Shown here: positions 41,846-52,400 of the stretch, piece by piece
Layout: each line of letters starts with the position of its first letter
Numbering within the stretch: position 1 is the stretch's first letter
Source: a virus
Virus record (IMG/VR): IMGVR_UViG_3300031841_004047
Strand: one strand, 5' to 3'
DNA: 64,000 nt
Made by a program: the position numbers and the translations under genes
The notes under the pieces: model-generated
Told to the model about the DNA's origin: nothing
The model's input: the letters and a program-made list of their open reading frames with translations, nothing else
Database searches by the model: none

Positions 41846-43735
41846 ATGGTACTTCAATCTTCTGGTCAAATAACATTAGAAGATATTCAAGGTGAGTTTG
41901 GAGGAACGGCTCCTCACTCCTTAAAGGAATACTATGGTGCGACTTCAACTATACCATCAAGCGGTGAGATCTCTATAAAAGATTTTTATGGAAAATCTGC
42001 GTTTACCGGACCAGTAACACAACTTATTACTACATCTATCAGCAACTTTACTCCTGCGGTTGATGGCTGGGATTCAGCAACCGTGTACGTAATAGGCGGC
42101 GGTGGTGGCGGGGGAGGTAGCAACGATAATGATGCTTCTGCCGCTGGTGGAGGAACTGCTGGCGGAACTGCTATAAGACATTATACAAATTTAACCGGTG
42201 CTAGCATAGCGGTAGGTGCTGGTGGTGGTGTTCAAGTTCCGTCTGGAGGTTATAACGGAGACTCAAAATACGGTTATAATGGAGGCAATAGCACATTTAC
42301 TCCATTTAGTGGTTCAACCGCGAAAGATGCGGGTAGCAGTAATACCACAACTCTCACGGGTGGCGGTGGATATGGAGGCTCTGCCGAGCATGGAAGCAGG
42401 AAGGGTGCGACAGCTCCATCTAGGCCTGGAGGGAGTGCATCCGGAGGTTCTACAAACTATAGTGGCCAAGCTTCGGGAGGAATACCGGGTCCTAACAGTA
42501 CAACAGTTGCTGGTTCCGGAACTTCAGTGAGTTTGACCGGTCAATTAACTAGTTACAGTTACCCGAATCAGGGTGAACATACTTTCGCTGCAGCGCATGC
42601 TGCTCCAATTCCTTCCAAGCCGTTAGACTTTACTAATACTTCTCAAACGTATTATCTTAACGGCAGTCTTTCATCAGCCGGAGTTATAAACTCTTATATT
42701 AACTTATCTAATGGTTTCCAAGGTGGTAGGGGAATGGGCAGTCAACAGTATCAGCTTCCTTCAGCCGGTGCTCCTAGAGGAGCTGGAGGTGGGGCAGTAT
42801 CTTGGACTGGACCAGCTGGATACCAATCATCTTATAGACCGGGCGTCGGATCTGCCGGTTGCGTTGTAATTGTTTATAAAGGAGGCGCGCCGACTACTCC
42901 TGCAAGTGTAAATACTTATACATTTACTGCGGATCGCTTAGAAGCAGAATTATATTACATAGCAACTGCAAATGGTTGGAATGGTAATGATGCACTAACG
43001 GTGAATATTAATTCTGGTGTTTATCTCTGGTCAGATACTGTTGGTGCCGCGGCATTAACTATTGCGGGGTCTTATCCCAACGGACTTACAATAAATAACT
43101 ACGGCTATATAATGGGACGTGGAGGAGACGGTGGTCTAGGAGAACAAGTCGGCGGAAACGGATCACCGGCTGTATCAAACTCATCATCTAATGTTACTAT
43201 TATAAATCACAACGGAGCTTACATCGCTGGTGGCGGCGGTGGCGGAGGAGGAGGTAACGGCGGAGAACCACAATCACGAGGCGGCGGTGGAGCAGGTGGT
43301 GGACTAGGTGGGTCTGGTGCAAGTCCTTTACCGGGGCAAGCTTCATCTAGTTACACTCTTGATGGTGGACAACAGCCAGATACTACTATCCCTGGAGCAC
43401 AAGCCGGTGGGATCGGCGGGCCTCATAGGTATGACGAAGGTAGCTATCCTTCTCAAACAGGCGGTAGAGTTCTGCCCGGAACCGCCAGTTCTGGAGGTAG
43501 TCATGTATTTGAAACCGGATCAGGCAATCAAAGAAGTTATCAATGGGTTGGCGGTGGCGGCGCCGGACAAGCTGGGACTAACGCAACTATTACGGGTCAA
43601 GGTGGCGGCGGTGGTGGCTGGGGTGCTGCCGGTGGTGTTGGTAAAAATAGTAGAGCTGGAGGTGCGGCTGGCGCAGCAATTTCAGGAACTTCTGTTAGTC
43701 TTACGAATAACGGAACAATCTATGGAGCAACATAA
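41846..43735 (+). CDS. Gly-rich adhesin (gp38-like) with two tandem modules
   Basis: MVLQSSGQI.L.DIQ.EFGG...SL.EYYG; YVIGGGGGGG; NNYGYIMGRGGDGG; ends NNGTIYG. Confidence 0.75.
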   Translation: MVLQSSGQITLEDIQGEFGGTAPHSLKEYYGATSTIPSSGEISIKDFYGKSAFTGPVTQLITTSISNFTPAVDGWDSATVYVIGGGGGGGGSNDNDASAAGGGTAGGTAIRHYTNLTGASIAVGAGGGVQVPSGGYNGDSKYGYNGGNSTFTPFSGSTAKDAGSSNTTTLTGGGGYGGSAEHGSRKGATAPSRPGGSASGGSTNYSGQASGGIPGPNSTTVAGSGTSVSLTGQLTSYSYPNQGEHTFAAAHAAPIPSKPLDFTNTSQTYYLNGSLSSAGVINSYINLSNGFQGGRGMGSQQYQLPSAGAPRGAGGGAVSWTGPAGYQSSYRPGVGSAGCVVIVYKGGAPTTPASVNTYTFTADRLEAELYYIATANGWNGNDALTVNINSGVYLWSDTVGAAALTIAGSYPNGLTINNYGYIMGRGGDGGLGEQVGGNGSPAVSNSSSNVTIINHNGAYIAGGGGGGGGGNGGEPQSRGGGGAGGGLGGSGASPLPGQASSSYTLDGGQQPDTTIPGAQAGGIGGPHRYDEGSYPSQTGGRVLPGTASSGGSHVFETGSGNQRSYQWVGGGGAGQAGTNATITGQGGGGGGWGAAGGVGKNSRAGGAAGAAISGTSVSLTNNGTIYGAT

Positions 43736-44097
43736 TGAAACTCCTAGTCTTAGATGATAATATAATCTCAAACATTATAGTAGTAGATAGTGACTGGGTT
43801 CCTGCCATAAATGAAAGATTCTTTGTTCAAGGCAACCCACAGATTGGATACCTCTATGATTCTGAAAATCAAGCATGTTATGATAACGAAGATAGATATG
43901 ACTATCTGGCTAATCTAATTACTTCTTGGGTTCTGGATGAGAACTGGAACTGGAAAGCACCGGTAGATCCAGACAGGTCTCAGACACATGACTCGGATGG
44001 TAATAGAATGCAGATTGTAGAATGGAACGAAAGTACTTTATCATGGGATGTGATAGAAGTAAGAGACTCTTTAAATGATCCCTGGAGGCTAGCTTAA
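43735..44097 (+). CDS. hypothetical fibre-associated protein, possibly 3'-truncated
   Basis: SW.LDEN.NWKAPV.P...W.E....W motif; chaperone remnant follows. Confidence 0.7.
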   Translation: MKLLVLDDNIISNIIVVDSDWVPAINERFFVQGNPQIGYLYDSENQACYDNEDRYDYLANLITSWVLDENWNWKAPVDPDRSQTHDSDGNRMQIVEWNESTLSWDVIEVRDSLNDPWRLA

Positions 44098-44098
44098 A

Positions 44099-44170
44099 TG
44101 GCAATAACTAAGGGACTTACCGACTTCTTTAGGATGGCCTGATGTAACTTGGCCAACGCCACCGCCCTAA
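44099..44170 (+). pseudogene. remnant of tail-fibre assembly chaperone C-terminus
   Basis: Frame reads WQ*LRDLPTSLGWPDVTWPTPPP*, matching LRDVP...FP..V.WPTKP of 40694; no start, in-frame stops. Confidence 0.6.
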
Positions 44171-44189
44171 AGTCAATAGAGTACTTCGG

Positions 44190-44197
44190 TATAAATA
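44190..44197 (+). promoter_or_regulatory. T4 late promoter TATAAATA
   Basis: Exact consensus upstream of the 2OG-Fe(II) oxygenase. Confidence 0.75.
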
Positions 44198-44222
44198 TTA
44201 TTTTAAATTAAGTGAGATTATT

Positions 44223-44870
44223 ATGATTGAACATGAAACACAGTATATTCCTATTTTTCCAACAATGTTAACTAGATCACGAGCTCCGTCATCTATAGTA
44301 AACGATGATCTTTTTGATAAGATTTTAGACATTGAATGGGTTGAGCATCTTGGAAAAGAACCAAGTAACAACAATGGTCTTTTAAGTTCCAGTAATAGAG
44401 TGTTAGAAGATTATGATTTTCTTGAAGACTTAAAGGTTTGGTTAGATGTACAAGTAATAAACGCTTATGACAAATGGGGTATAGTTAAAACTGCTACTCC
44501 CTATATTACTCAAAGCTGGTTTACAAAAACCGAATCAAGTAAAAGTTTACACAGACATAACCATCCTAATAGCTTAATGAGCGGAGTCGTTTATATCAGA
44601 GCAAATGAAGATCTAGATCATTTATTCATATCAAAGCCTTATGTTTTCCCTACTCTAGATTTTTTAACTCAGCAAGAAAACGAATTTAATTCACAGACTA
44701 TTAAATGTACGGTTGGTACCGGAGATTTAATAATGTTTCCTTCAAATTTAGAGCATTGGTTCAATTCAGTTGAGCATAATGAAACACGAATAAGTTTGGC
44801 ATTTAATACATTTATAGAAGGAAGTCTTGGTGATGAAGTTAGGCTCACGCATCTTTCAATTAAAAAGTGA
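44223..44870 (+). CDS. 2OG-Fe(II) oxygenase (TIGR02466-like)
   Basis: PIFPT, SWF, H.HPNS..SGVVY, GDL.MFPS.L.H, RISLAFN. Confidence 0.85.
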   Translation: MIEHETQYIPIFPTMLTRSRAPSSIVNDDLFDKILDIEWVEHLGKEPSNNNGLLSSSNRVLEDYDFLEDLKVWLDVQVINAYDKWGIVKTATPYITQSWFTKTESSKSLHRHNHPNSLMSGVVYIRANEDLDHLFISKPYVFPTLDFLTQQENEFNSQTIKCTVGTGDLIMFPSNLEHWFNSVEHNETRISLAFNTFIEGSLGDEVRLTHLSIKK

Positions 44871-45600
44871 TAAAGTTAAGTTTGTTTGTGCTATGAAAGA
44901 AGTTATGGAGTGGATGCCTATCGTTAAAACTTCTCAGATACAAAGAGACTGGTTAAAAAAACTTGCTTCACAAAAAGATATTATCGATGGAAATGGCAGA
45001 GCGCGTTCAGCGTCCAGATGTCCTGGTATCGTAAAAGTAATACAGGAAGGCTGGGTGGTTAAATCCTTTTGTGATGTAAAAATCACGATTGAAAGTAACA
45101 AAGATTGGAGTTGGCAATCAACCGTACCTCTAATGATTGATAATTCGGCTGGAGAACTAGTTACTTCTCATTATGACGAAAATATGTTTTCACACATGGA
45201 AAACTTGCCTAAAAATTCTTTTCCACATGTTTTAAAATTTAATACTCCTTGGTATGTTCATCTTCCAAAAGGATATAGGTTACTACAGCTGCCGGTCCCA
45301 TATGTTGATGAAAATAGATTTACGCCTTTACCCGGCTTATATGAGTATGACTTAGGATTAAATAGTATCAATATTCCTTTTGTTTTACACACAAAAAGAG
45401 GTGAGGTTAACATTGAAGCAGGAACACCATTGGTTCAGTTGATTCCAATAAAAGAAGAAAAAATTCAGATGGATATGATTTCACTTAATGATAATAAAAA
45501 ATATAAAGACATGTATAACATTAAGATGTTAAGTGAGTTCAATACTTTTACAAAACGTTCCTACTCAGACATAAGAAGATTTTGGAAGTCGTATAAATAG
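44827..45600 (+). CDS. hypothetical protein (DUF6065-like, common beside phage 2OG oxygenases)
   Basis: RCPGI, LKF.TPW...PKGY.L, F..LPG, I.AGTPL.Q.IP; start uncertain. Confidence 0.65.
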   Translation: MVMKLGSRIFQLKSDKVKFVCAMKEVMEWMPIVKTSQIQRDWLKKLASQKDIIDGNGRARSASRCPGIVKVIQEGWVVKSFCDVKITIESNKDWSWQSTVPLMIDNSAGELVTSHYDENMFSHMENLPKNSFPHVLKFNTPWYVHLPKGYRLLQLPVPYVDENRFTPLPGLYEYDLGLNSINIPFVLHTKRGEVNIEAGTPLVQLIPIKEEKIQMDMISLNDNKKYKDMYNIKMLSEFNTFTKRSYSDIRRFWKSYK

Positions 45601-45610
45601 TTTATAAATA
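45592..45610 (+). promoter_or_regulatory. tandem late promoters TATAAATA (45592-45599, 45603-45610)
   Basis: Two exact copies upstream of 45633. Confidence 0.75.
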
Positions 45611-45632
45611 TACTAAAAAGTAGAGTTGACAT

Positions 45633-46031
45633 ATGGCACAATACGAAGACTTTTCAATAGATGCAGGAACTGATGTAACTATTAGACTCGAGCTGTTTAA
45701 TCCAGACGGTAGTAGAAAGATATTGAACATGGCTGATTCGGCTGGTAATGGTATAGTACCAATGTTCCTAGTGAAAGCTCAGGCCAAAAAATCTTTCACA
45801 TCAACAGATTCAGATGATATCATAACTTTTACTACGACTACTTTACAACCGGGAAATGAAGAAAATATAGCTCAGATTAGTTTATCAAATCTGCAAACAA
45901 TGAGTATGAAAAAAGGTCGGTGGGTCTATGATGTTGAGCTTCATGCAACAGATAGTGATCAAAATATCATTTCTATTGAAAGAATACTCGAAGGCAAACT
46001 GACTATTAACCAAAACGTAACAACTATATAG
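45633..46031 (+). CDS. virion structural protein (BppU-N-like Ig fold)
   Basis: IDAGTD, I.LS...T..MK.GRWVYDVE, R.LEG.LTI...VT. Confidence 0.7.
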   Translation: MAQYEDFSIDAGTDVTIRLELFNPDGSRKILNMADSAGNGIVPMFLVKAQAKKSFTSTDSDDIITFTTTTLQPGNEENIAQISLSNLQTMSMKKGRWVYDVELHATDSDQNIISIERILEGKLTINQNVTTI

Positions 46032-46038
46032 GTGATTG

Positions 46039-46365
46039 ATGACTGAAGCTATAAAAATTGTTTCAAACAGAACCATTGTAAGAAAGATTACTATTGGTAC
46101 ACCTATTCCTACGGTTAAAAGTTTTACCATTGATACGAGTATCGGTTCTTTGACGGATGTTGGAGCCAGTCTAGAAGATGGTCTTAAAGACGGAAGTGTT
46201 TTAGTCTATGATGCTTCATTAGGTAAATTTATTGTTAAGAATATTCTTATAAAGCATAGACTCGATGGTGGAGGTGATACGCCCGCCGAAGATGATGGCT
46301 TACAGCCGGGTGAACTGGATTCAGATGGACAAAGTGGTTTTAGAATAGACGGTGAAACGTTCTAA
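46039..46365 (+). CDS. hypothetical structural-region protein
   Basis: L.DV......DGSVLVYD...GKF motif; ATG 46039. Confidence 0.7.
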   Translation: MTEAIKIVSNRTIVRKITIGTPIPTVKSFTIDTSIGSLTDVGASLEDGLKDGSVLVYDASLGKFIVKNILIKHRLDGGGDTPAEDDGLQPGELDSDGQSGFRIDGETF

Positions 46366-46368
46366 CCT

Positions 46369-46376
46369 TATAAATA
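46369..46376 (+). promoter_or_regulatory. T4 late promoter TATAAATA
   Basis: Exact consensus upstream of 46406. Confidence 0.8.
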
Positions 46377-46405
46377 GATAAAATTCTGTTTAAAAAGGTT
46401 TATTT

Positions 46406-49400
46406 ATGTCAGGTACGTTAATTCAGATCAAAAGATCCGGCGTTACTCTAGAACCGCCATCTTTGAGAATAGGTGAATTAGCTTATTCTTTTGCAGACAG
46501 CTCACGAAAACTTTTCATTGGTGTTGGAAACTATAATCCTGAAACTCAGGTTGCTGACAGTATTCATGTAATCGGTGGAGAATTCTACACTGATCTTTTA
46601 AGTGGGACACCGGGAATATCATTTGCCGATAAATTTCTTCGTTTAGGAGACAGTAGAAATACTGACTTCTTGATGCTTGACTCCGGTCTTGTCTTACCCG
46701 TTGGAGCAAATGATACAAGAATTAATATACTTGGATCTGTTAGGTACAACACTCAAGAACAATCTTTTGAAGGCTATGACGGTTCAGTATGGAGTAGCCT
46801 GGGTGGTGTTAGAGATGTCGACCAAAATACTTTTATCAGAGCAGAAATAGCACCAAATGTAGACAACAATGATCTTGACTTCTTCACGGCGGGATCATTT
46901 AGGTTACAGATCACAGAAACTGGACAGATAGTAGCCGCTCCAGTTTACACACCTGATAGCTCACAGTCTCTTACAACTAAAAACTATGTCGATAACGTCA
47001 AAGCCGGTAGACCAACGGATTATATTTCTGATGCTCAAACTTCTTATGGAAGAACTGACAGTAATGGTTGGGCGGATGGAGCCTTTAAAGGTTTTAGAGA
47101 CTCAGATAAAGTGGTTGATGTTCTAGATGGTTTAAATGAAGCTATCAATAATGTTAGAAACAACGTCTTTGTTAGAGATCTTACATTTACCGCAAATCCA
47201 ACTTCAGGTGGTTCTGGTTTCACAACTACTCTTACAGTTGCTAATGACGGCAATCCTAATAGGTATGATATTGACTGGGGTGACGGTGCTATCGATAGTG
47301 ATGTTTCAGTAACTGGAACATTGACTCATACTTATGACGATACTACTTTTAGCCCAGCAACCATTAAAGTAAGAGCTTACAACACGGCCGCTTATGGAAC
47401 CGGTAGTGAAAATACTCGTGTTATGCCAGATTATATTACGATCTACACCGTCGATCCGGTTGCTAACTTCAGACTTTATAGGAGTTTAGAAGGCAATGAT
47501 CTAGTAGATAGTACTCAAGCTTATGTTATTGAAGGTAACTCTTTATATCTTGAAAATACCACTACAAACACAGTTGTTTCAAACTCTGAAGGTCAATCAG
47601 TCGAAACTTATACCATGCTTTGGGCTGATGGTACTCCTTTGGTAAATATTGATAGTGATACACTTCCGGGTGGTGTTCAAGGAGCAAGACTTCAGCATAC
47701 ATGGGCAGTTGGTACAAACTCTGGTACTGGAATGGATGTCACGAGGTTAACATTGGCATCTCATAGCACAGCCGACCCAGCAGTTATTCCGAACAGTAAA
47801 GAACTACCTCTTAAAGTATATGATCCAAATATCGCACCTCCTGAAGGACTTACTTTTAAAACAATATCCATGAATACTACAAGTGGATTAAATCCAACAT
47901 TAGCTTATTCATTTACAGATAATACTACCGGAGCAGTTTTAACCGCTGGATCTCCAGTTTCAAGAGTTGCTGGTAACGCCGGTACGGCTGAATCTTCAGT
48001 TCTATCTCAATTATCAAATGGTGGAAAGACCGGAAATTTAAGAGCTTTAATCGACAACGTGACTGATGGCTCTAAGATCATGACGACCGATGATAACTCA
48101 GGTATATATCAGTCATTAGTGATTACACAAAACTCTGATTTTCAATTATTTGATCAATCCGGAGATCCGGTCACCTTTCAAAACAGCATCTATCATCCGG
48201 ATCTTTACTCAGGGTTTAAAGCTAAGATTTCCACATCCGTTTCTGCACTTACAACAGGTCTTCATAGCTTTGAGTTAAATCATTCTATAGTCGGTAGCAC
48301 AAATAAGATTGAGTTTGTAAAAGATGATCTTACCGATGTTCCAACTGTAACCGGCGCATCCCTTTCTCTTGTTAATAATGGAACACTTAGATATATTTCC
48401 GGTATACCATACTTTAATACTGGTGGTAGTGTAGTAGTAAGTGGAGCACAGGTTCAAGACTTTATAGGTCAGGCTTATAATAATACTACTAATGTTGTAA
48501 GTGTTCAGTCTGGAACAAACTATGAGGGCACCAGCTCAAATGCTATACAGAATCATAACTTTACTTATGCTGAAATAGATGGTGCTACTACTTTCTTAAA
48601 TGGTGGTATACCGATAGCAGACACCGGAAAAACAATACCGTATGCTTTAGGAGATCTTTCGGTTGATATAAACCAAAGCAACGTGAGAACTGTTGAAGAA
48701 TTGCAAATAAGAGCTACTAATGTTAACGGTAACGGAAACTTTGCACCTATAGCTGGCAAATTAAATGTTCATAGTAGATCTCAATACGGAATTAGTGAGA
48801 TTGCAATATCAGTAAGTCCTGCTTTAGGCCAAACATACACTGATAATGGTGTTAGGATTTTTGACCTTGCTAGTCTCAATATAAATACTCCTAGTTACAC
48901 GGGATCTACTAACTTTTATACTAACAATATATACACAGAAGCTGCTGATCCTGGTGTAGCTGGAACAAAGGAAGCAACTTTAAGATTTGGAGAGATTAAA
49001 CACGACGTAACTGATTACTCAACGGGTTATCTGCCAATAGGTCCAGATCGATCTGGAGACACGGGTACTCAGTACTTTACATTTGCATTTAGAAGAACGG
49101 TTGTTGCTAATTTTACTATTAATATTACGAGTGACACAAACGGAGTGGCAGGACTATTCATAGCAGCACCAGGATCAACCATCGATAATACAAGTTCACT
49201 TAATGGATGGTTAGACTGTTCAATACAATATGCTGGTTCAGGTGTTCCTGGTGTGAACACTGGATCAGGAGGAAACGGATCAAACGGATGTGCACAAACA
49301 GGATCAGACTTAATACTACCAAACACCCAGCTAAACGGTGCTTACACTATGACTCTCGGTTCAGAGAATATGACTAATGCTACAGGAAATGTTGTTCTTG

Positions 49401-49453
49401 TTAGAATAGCATTGAACGCAAACCAAAAGATAACAGCCTTGAATATTTCATAA
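46406..49453 (+). CDS. large virion fibre/structural protein with PKD-like domains
   Basis: IQIKRS...P.L..GELAYS; G.VRYN...FEGY.G..W.SLGGVRDVD..T.I.AE; IDWGDG. Confidence 0.8.
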   Translation: MSGTLIQIKRSGVTLEPPSLRIGELAYSFADSSRKLFIGVGNYNPETQVADSIHVIGGEFYTDLLSGTPGISFADKFLRLGDSRNTDFLMLDSGLVLPVGANDTRINILGSVRYNTQEQSFEGYDGSVWSSLGGVRDVDQNTFIRAEIAPNVDNNDLDFFTAGSFRLQITETGQIVAAPVYTPDSSQSLTTKNYVDNVKAGRPTDYISDAQTSYGRTDSNGWADGAFKGFRDSDKVVDVLDGLNEAINNVRNNVFVRDLTFTANPTSGGSGFTTTLTVANDGNPNRYDIDWGDGAIDSDVSVTGTLTHTYDDTTFSPATIKVRAYNTAAYGTGSENTRVMPDYITIYTVDPVANFRLYRSLEGNDLVDSTQAYVIEGNSLYLENTTTNTVVSNSEGQSVETYTMLWADGTPLVNIDSDTLPGGVQGARLQHTWAVGTNSGTGMDVTRLTLASHSTADPAVIPNSKELPLKVYDPNIAPPEGLTFKTISMNTTSGLNPTLAYSFTDNTTGAVLTAGSPVSRVAGNAGTAESSVLSQLSNGGKTGNLRALIDNVTDGSKIMTTDDNSGIYQSLVITQNSDFQLFDQSGDPVTFQNSIYHPDLYSGFKAKISTSVSALTTGLHSFELNHSIVGSTNKIEFVKDDLTDVPTVTGASLSLVNNGTLRYISGIPYFNTGGSVVVSGAQVQDFIGQAYNNTTNVVSVQSGTNYEGTSSNAIQNHNFTYAEIDGATTFLNGGIPIADTGKTIPYALGDLSVDINQSNVRTVEELQIRATNVNGNGNFAPIAGKLNVHSRSQYGISEIAISVSPALGQTYTDNGVRIFDLASLNINTPSYTGSTNFYTNNIYTEAADPGVAGTKEATLRFGEIKHDVTDYSTGYLPIGPDRSGDTGTQYFTFAFRRTVVANFTINITSDTNGVAGLFIAAPGSTIDNTSSLNGWLDCSIQYAGSGVPGVNTGSGGNGSNGCAQTGSDLILPNTQLNGAYTMTLGSENMTNATGNVVLVRIALNANQKITALNIS

Positions 49454-49462
49454 GGATCGAGA

Positions 49463-52400
49463 ATGGCGATAAGCGATAATCAAAAGATAGACTATCTATT
49501 TAAGAAACTCGGTTTCGGTGTTTCTAAAACTGATACGAATTCTATTAAGAATGCCACGAATGAGGATATAGCAAGTCCACTTCTTTTAAGAGGTGACAAT
49601 CTTTGGACGGATGCAGATTTAATTCCAAATATAATTCCTTCGTCTAACAGTAACGTAATTAAAGTATACAGTGATGCTGTAGGAACTGAAGCAACACTAG
49701 AAACTACTGAAGATACTACGGCTACACCCAATAGAACATGGAAAACCGGAATCTCAAACTGGATTCCACCACAGTTTGGATCAACTTATCAATTAAAAGT
49801 TTACATCGACTCTGCTGGTGCTTCTGCTCCTCAGTCAACCGGAACTCAGATATTTGCCAGCGGATCCGGAAACAATGACGAGTGGTTTTTTGATTATCAA
49901 TCGGGTGTCTTACATTTTATTGGTGATAATCTACCCGGTGGTATTGCTGGAAATGTAATATATGTTTCTGGTGCTGCTTACATCGGTAAGACTGGAAATA
50001 ACTTTACTACCTTAAATGTTGATTCAGCAAACATAGCAAGAGCGACCATCCTTGATGCTCAGTTTCCATTAGGAATAACTGTTAAGGATCTTACTGTTAC
50101 TGACTCTGCATACTTAAAATTTGCTGATATTGACTCCGCATTTATCGATAGACTTGTTGCAGACTCAGCAACCATAACAAATATAACTATTGACTCAGCA
50201 GACATCAATATCTTAAATATTACCGTTGGTGGTAGAATTCAGGGTCAAGAAAATCTTATTATTGATCCAAGAGCAATCGGTGATAACACGGGTAGAGTAA
50301 TCATCAAGGGTGACCTCATGGTCGAGGGCCTTGAAACAATTGTTAATTCTACTACCGTAACTATGAATGATAAAAATCTCGTACTTGCGGATTCTGCACC
50401 AGATTTAGCATTTACGGATGGAGCTGGTATCATTATAGCACCAGGAATTTCTGGAGCAGCTATTAGATATGATCAAAATAAAGATAGATGGATATTAAAT
50501 AGAAGTCTTGAAGGTAATAACTACGGAAGCCCTGGAGCAGGAATTTACTTTGATTCCGGTAATTTCTACAAGTTAACAACTAATCATATAGAAATTGGTG
50601 ACGTAATTACCGCGAGAGATATCAGGATTACTAGTCCAAATGTTATTCAAGGTGGTATTCTTACTATAGGTGATGACGATTCTATTTCCACTATACAAGA
50701 TATAAAAGTACAACAGTATAAGTCAAGCCTTCATCCTGATCTAAAAGGAAACGGTTTCTTAGCAATGAGGGAACTCATTGAGGATTCTGGTTACTATAAA
50801 CTAACAGTTGATCAAGATTCGGATATGGTGAAGATAGTCGGTGGATTTAAAGCCGGAATATATTCAAATCTTCCAGTAGGACAGTATGTACAATCCTATC
50901 CATACCAGAAAGATAGTAACAAGTTAGATTTTTATGGTATTGAATATAACGCAGATTCAAATTTAATTAGATTAAATGCTCAAAATACTATCATTAGAAC
51001 TTCGTTCAGTGCAGATAGTATGAGAGGAAAAGATTCAGCCTTTGCATTTCAAATTTTAACAGCCAATGATAGTACTCTCTTCAGTGTTGCAAGAGATGGT
51101 ACAATTAACTTTGGTGGTGCTCTTGAACAGAACGGTGCTGATTTTATTGGCGGTGGTGCATTTACAACCGTCACAGAAGCAAATGATTCAGGACAACCCG
51201 GTGACATATATTTTGTAAGAGACGAAGAAAAATATGGAGGCGCCGCTAACTCCATTAATGGTTATGGATTTGTTGGTATTCAAACCAGAAATCCGAGGTA
51301 TGAGCTTGAAGTTGCAGGTACCTTTCAGGTCGCTGACAGCATTGATCTAGTAAACTACGCTCTTAACAGAGCACTTTTCCCATATGCATCTCAAGCTGCT
51401 ACTGGGAAAAAACACGATGATGATACGAAAGGTCGCATGACCTTTATTCCACAAGCGGCGATGTTTAGAGCCGGTGAATTTGGTGATAGTCATTATAACG
51501 TGAATGTTATGGGTCAATTCTCTACTGCACTCGGTAAGAAAACAATTGCTGGTGCTGTAGGTAATAACCAAGCTGGTGAAGGACAATTTGCTGCTGGTTG
51601 GTTAAGTACTGCTGCTGGTAACTACAGCGTAGCAATTGGTAGAGAAAATACTACGGTTTCTGATCGTGGAACTGAGAACACTGACAATCTATTCTTAGGT
51701 AGTCGTAACATTGCTAACTATGCAGCAGGTCCTGGTTCTTATGATAGAATGACATCTATTGGTCATGAGAATAAAATAAAAGCTGCTGATGGTCTTATTC
51801 TTGGTACTGATAATAATATGCAAGGCTTTAGAAGTGTTATCGTAGGTGCCGATAACGTTTTAGGTGACAGTTCAAAAGATGGCCAATCAACTAGTCCTTT
51901 TGATGGCGGCTCAGGCACAGTTATTATTGGTAATGATAACGTTGTTCCAAATAGAAACACTTATGTTTTTGGTAGACAAAACACTCTTGGTGGAACTGAT
52001 GCTACAACAGGTGAGGCATTAACTAGATTTGGTAATGCCGGAATAAGTAATTATGTGTTTGGTGAGCTTAATACTGTTGGTAATAACGCTGACCAAGTTT
52101 CAATTTTTGGTAACCAAAACATAGTAAATGCCGATGAAGGTAAAGCTTTTGGTAGTCAGATTACAATTGATTCTGATATGTCTCAATCAATTGGATTTAA
52201 TTTAAGTTCACAGCCGGTTTCAGTTAAAGCCCCAAGAATTATGTCTATCCAAGGGGGTAATGTTATCATCGGTGAAGACAGCGACAAGTTTAGTGACTAT
52301 GATGGAAACTTATACGTAAAAGGTGATATTATACTAGGTGGTCAGTTGTTGACAGAGGGCTTGCCCGGTGTTCTTTCAAGCGGTACACCTTTCGTTGATG

